A stretch of DNA of 64,000 bases from Gemmatimonadota bacterium (lineage in GTDB: Bacteria > Gemmatimonadota > Gemmatimonadetes > Longimicrobiales > Gaopeijiaceae), in contig JAXHMG010000003.1 in NCBI GenBank assembly GCA_034521595.1, positions 1,184,001-1,248,000 on the forward strand, read 5' to 3'. Shown here one piece after another: positions 61,133 through 64,000 of this stretch. Position 1 is the first letter of the stretch, and every line of letters begins with the position of its first letter. The notes under the pieces are model-generated. The model had not been told where the DNA came from. It saw only the letters and a program-made list of their open reading frames with translations, and searched no databases. A program made the position numbers and the translations under genes.

Positions 61133-61876
61133 CTACACCGAAGTGGTCGGATGGAGCCGACCTCCTTCGAGGTCCAGGATCCGGTCCGCCATCCCGGCCA
61201 AATCTCCGTTGTGGGTCACCACGACGAGCGAAAGGTTCCGTCGTTCCCTGAGCTCGAAGAGCAGTCCGTGCAACCGATCGCTCGTGCGCATGTCCAGGTT
61301 TCCCGAGGGCTCGTCCGCGAGCAGCACCAACGGTCGGTTGACGAGCGCGCGCGCCACCGCCACGCGTTGTTGCTCACCACCGGACAGCTGCCGGGGCTGG
61401 TGCTGTTCACGATGCTCCAATCCAACCTCGGCGAGCAGCTCCTTGGCGCGCGCCTTCGCCGATGCCTGGTCCGAGGATCCCACGAGCGCCGGCATCATCA
61501 CGTTCTCCAGGGCCGTGAACTCTCTCAGCAGGTGATGGAACTGGAATACGAAGCCCACGTGACGGTTCCGCACCTCCGCGAGCGCCTCGTCGCCGAGCTC
61601 GGAGACGTCACGGCCACCGAGCTTCACCCGGCCCGCCGTCGGCCGGTCCAGGGCCCCCAGGATGTGCAGCAACGTGGATTTGCCCGCACCACTCGCCCCC
61701 GTGATCGCCACGGCCTCGCCGGCCGTCACGCGCATGTCCACGCCATCGAGAATCTCGAGGGTGCTCCCGTCCCCGCCGATGAAGGTCTTGCGCAGGCCTT
61801 CGGCTTCGAGGGGAGGAGGTGGCGTGGAAGACTCCTCCTCCGGCAGGCCGGTGATCGGAGCGAAGCGCTCACTCAT
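61133..61876 (-). CDS. lolD: Lipoprotein-releasing ABC transporter ATPase
   Basis: GASGAGKSTLL, GFVFQFHHLL, LSGGEQQRVAVARAL, LADEPSGNLD. Confidence 0.92.
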   Translation of the reverse strand: MSERFAPITGLPEEESSTPPPPLEAEGLRKTFIGGDGSTLEILDGVDMRVTAGEAVAITGASGAGKSTLLHILGALDRPTAGRVKLGGRDVSELGDEALAEVRNRHVGFVFQFHHLLREFTALENVMMPALVGSSDQASAKARAKELLAEVGLEHREQHQPRQLSGGEQQRVAVARALVNRPLVLLADEPSGNLDMRTSDRLHGLLFELRERRNLSLVVVTHNGDLAGMADRILDLEGGRLHPTTSV

Positions 61877-63125
61877 GGCGGATCGCGTCCACGGGCTCGA
61901 GGCGAGAAGCCTGCAATGCCGGATAGATGGTCGCCAGGAAAGCCACGAGGACGCTGGCGCCGACGATGAGCAGCACGTCCGTCACCCGAAGCGAAACCGG
62001 GAGGTGATCCACGAAGTACACGTCCGGAGGAATGCGAATGATCTCGTAGCGTCCGAGGAGCCACGAGATCAGGACACCCAACATGGTCCCGACGCCGGTG
62101 CCCACGATCCCGATCCACGCGCCCTGGAGCACGAACACGCGCAGGATTCCGGCGCGTGTCATCCCCATGGCCTTCAGGATTCCGATCTCCCGCGTGCGGT
62201 CCGCCACGACCATCACCAGAGTGCTGACGATGTTGAACGCGGCCACCAGCACGATGAGGAACAGAATGAGGCCCATCGCCAGCTTTTCGAGTCGGAGGGC
62301 GCTGAAGAGGGCCCGGTTCCTCGTCATCCACGACTCCACGTAGTACGGATATCCCAGGCGATCGCCAAGCTCCGCCGCCACCTCGCCGGCCTCCTCCGGA
62401 TTCCGCGTGCGCACCCCGATCCCGCCCGCGGTGCCTTCGGGGATACCCAAAAGGTCACGCGCAGCCTCGAACGTCGTGTAAATGTTGCGGGTGTCGTAAT
62501 CATACATGCCCGTCGTGAAGGTCCCCGTCACCTCGAACTCGCGCAGCGTCGGCGTGAGTCCCCCGAAAGGGTCCTGCCGGAGGTTTTCGAGCGCGACGAT
62601 CACGAGTCGGTCCCCTTCGAAAACCTGCATCCGGTCCGCGAGGCCACTTCCCATCAGGAGCGGAGGTAATTCGGAATCGGTCGGCTCCAGGTCGAGAGCG
62701 CCCTCCATGATGCGACGCTCCATCTCGGTCGGCGCTACCCGCGCCGTATCGATCGACACACCGTAGAGCAGCGCCGGCTGGGAGTAGGATCCCGACTCGG
62801 TCCGTCGCACCACCGAGACTTGCGAGAGCGCGAACGGAGCGGCCCCGATCACGTCCGGGTGGGTGAGGATGGTATCGATCTGGGTCGACCAATCGTCGAG
62901 TCGGAGGGTCGTGCCCTGCTGGAGCACGATCACGTGCGGACTCGACTCGAGGATCTTGTCCCGGAGGTCCTCCTGCATTCCGGTCATCACGGCGATCACG
63001 ACGACGAGCGCGGTGACGCCGACGGTGACCCCTCCCAACGCGATCCACGTTATGAGTGAGAGGAGGCCGCGGCCCCGGCCGGACCGGAGATAGTGACCCG
63101 CGATGTACCAGTGTAGCCGCTTCAT
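61869..63125 (-). CDS. Lipoprotein-releasing ABC transporter permease (LolC/E/F type)
   Basis: [60 protein letters not shown]. Confidence 0.92.
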   Translation of the reverse strand: MKRLHWYIAGHYLRSGRGRGLLSLITWIALGGVTVGVTALVVVIAVMTGMQEDLRDKILESSPHVIVLQQGTTLRLDDWSTQIDTILTHPDVIGAAPFALSQVSVVRRTESGSYSQPALLYGVSIDTARVAPTEMERRIMEGALDLEPTDSELPPLLMGSGLADRMQVFEGDRLVIVALENLRQDPFGGLTPTLREFEVTGTFTTGMYDYDTRNIYTTFEAARDLLGIPEGTAGGIGVRTRNPEEAGEVAAELGDRLGYPYYVESWMTRNRALFSALRLEKLAMGLILFLIVLVAAFNIVSTLVMVVADRTREIGILKAMGMTRAGILRVFVLQGAWIGIVGTGVGTMLGVLISWLLGRYEIIRIPPDVYFVDHLPVSLRVTDVLLIVGASVLVAFLATIYPALQASRLEPVDAIRHE

Positions 63126-63150
63126 CCGCCCGTGCTCCGCGTGGCTACCT

Positions 63151-64000
63151 TCACTCCTCGCTCCGAAGGGTCGGGAAGAGGATCACGTCCCGGATCGAGG
63201 CCTGGTCCGTGAGGATCATCACGAACCGGTCCACCCCCATCCCGACCCCGCCGGTCGGCGGCATGCCGTATTCGAGAGCCCGAATGTAGTCTTCGTCCAC
63301 CCGGTGGGCCTCCTCGTCTCCGGCATCGAGCAGCGCGGTTTGAGCTTCGAAGCGTGCTTGTTGGTCGATGGGATCGTTGAGCTCGGAGAATGCGTTGAAC
63401 ACCTCCGATCCCCCGACATACAGCTCGAACCGCTCCGTCAGGCGCCCGTCGTCGCGGTGTGCTTTCGCCAGCGGGCTGAGCTCCCGTGGATGGTCCATCA
63501 CGAACGTCGGCTGAATCAGATTGGGCTCGACCAACTCTCCGAACAGCTTGTCGATGAGCTTGCCACGGCCCGCCCCGTCCAGATCCGGGATTCGGAGCTC
63601 TTCGGCATGGGCGCGCAGGACCGCCGCATCGGCTTCGTGCACGTCGATCCCCAGCGCATCGGAGAGGGCGTCGATGAGCTTCAGCTTCCGGAACGGTGGC
63701 TCGAACGAGATCTCGTGTCCCTGGAACGTCAGCGTTCGTGCTTCGAACACCTCGTCGAGAACGTAGCGCACCATGCGCTCGACCAGATCCATCTGGTCGT
63801 GGTAGTCCGTGAACGCCTGATACCACTCGAGCATCGTGAACTCGGGGTTGTGCACGCGGGAGAGGCCCTCGTTGCGAAAGTCCTTGGAGATCTCGTACAC
63901 GCGGTCGAGTCCTCCGACGATCAGCCGCTTGAGGTACAACTCGTCGGCGATGCGTAGATACATCCGCTGATCGAGGGCCTCATGGTGCGTCACGAACGGC
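63151..64000 (-). CDS. lysS: Lysine-tRNA ligase, class II (5' truncated by window edge)
   Basis: [58 protein letters not shown]. Confidence 0.97.
   Translation of the reverse strand, partial: PFVTHHEALDQRMYLRIADELYLKRLIVGGLDRVYEISKDFRNEGLSRVHNPEFTMLEWYQAFTDYHDQMDLVERMVRYVLDEVFEARTLTFQGHEISFEPPFRKLKLIDALSDALGIDVHEADAAVLRAHAEELRIPDLDGAGRGKLIDKLFGELVEPNLIQPTFVMDHPRELSPLAKAHRDDGRLTERFELYVGGSEVFNAFSELNDPIDQQARFEAQTALLDAGDEEAHRVDEDYIRALEYGMPPTGGVGMGVDRFVMILTDQASIRDVILFPTLRSEE

Overview
High-GC bacterial chromosome segment. The gene order and protein families suggest a diderm of Gemmatimonadota type (inference). It is mostly core envelope genes. Positions 1-18270 form a + strand operon: kdsB-pyrG-kdsA-kdsC-kdsD-lptC-lptA-like-lptB-rpoN, then a seven-gene glycosylation cassette, a CYTH protein and rlpA. 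A 28-bp XerCD dif-like site lies at 18320-18347, where the dominant gene orientation flips, so the window probably spans the replication terminus. Almost everything to the right is on the - strand. This includes tRNA-Arg(CCT), the DUF512-der-plsY-gpsA-merR-surE-pcm-yqaA cluster, an uncharacterised DUF1592 (two CxxCH) / DUF1552 (twin-Arg, HxxSHH) / Cys-motif ankyrin three-gene operon, and tRNA-Gly(CCC). It ends with a run of about 23 kb: lysS-lolC/E-lolD-mcsA-mcsB-clpC-bamA-skp-lpxD-lpxC/fabZ-lpxA-gnnA-like-(unlisted 44-aa ORF)-lpxB-DUF374-lpxK-rlmH-bshC-murJ-uvrC. No CRISPR array, integrase or transposase was seen. The best leads are the DUF1592/DUF1552/ankyrin module, the rpoN-coupled YfhO glycosylation cassette, the dif site, and a micro-ORF coupled to an lpxB gene that has no canonical start codon. 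All family calls come from motif recognition, not database searches.
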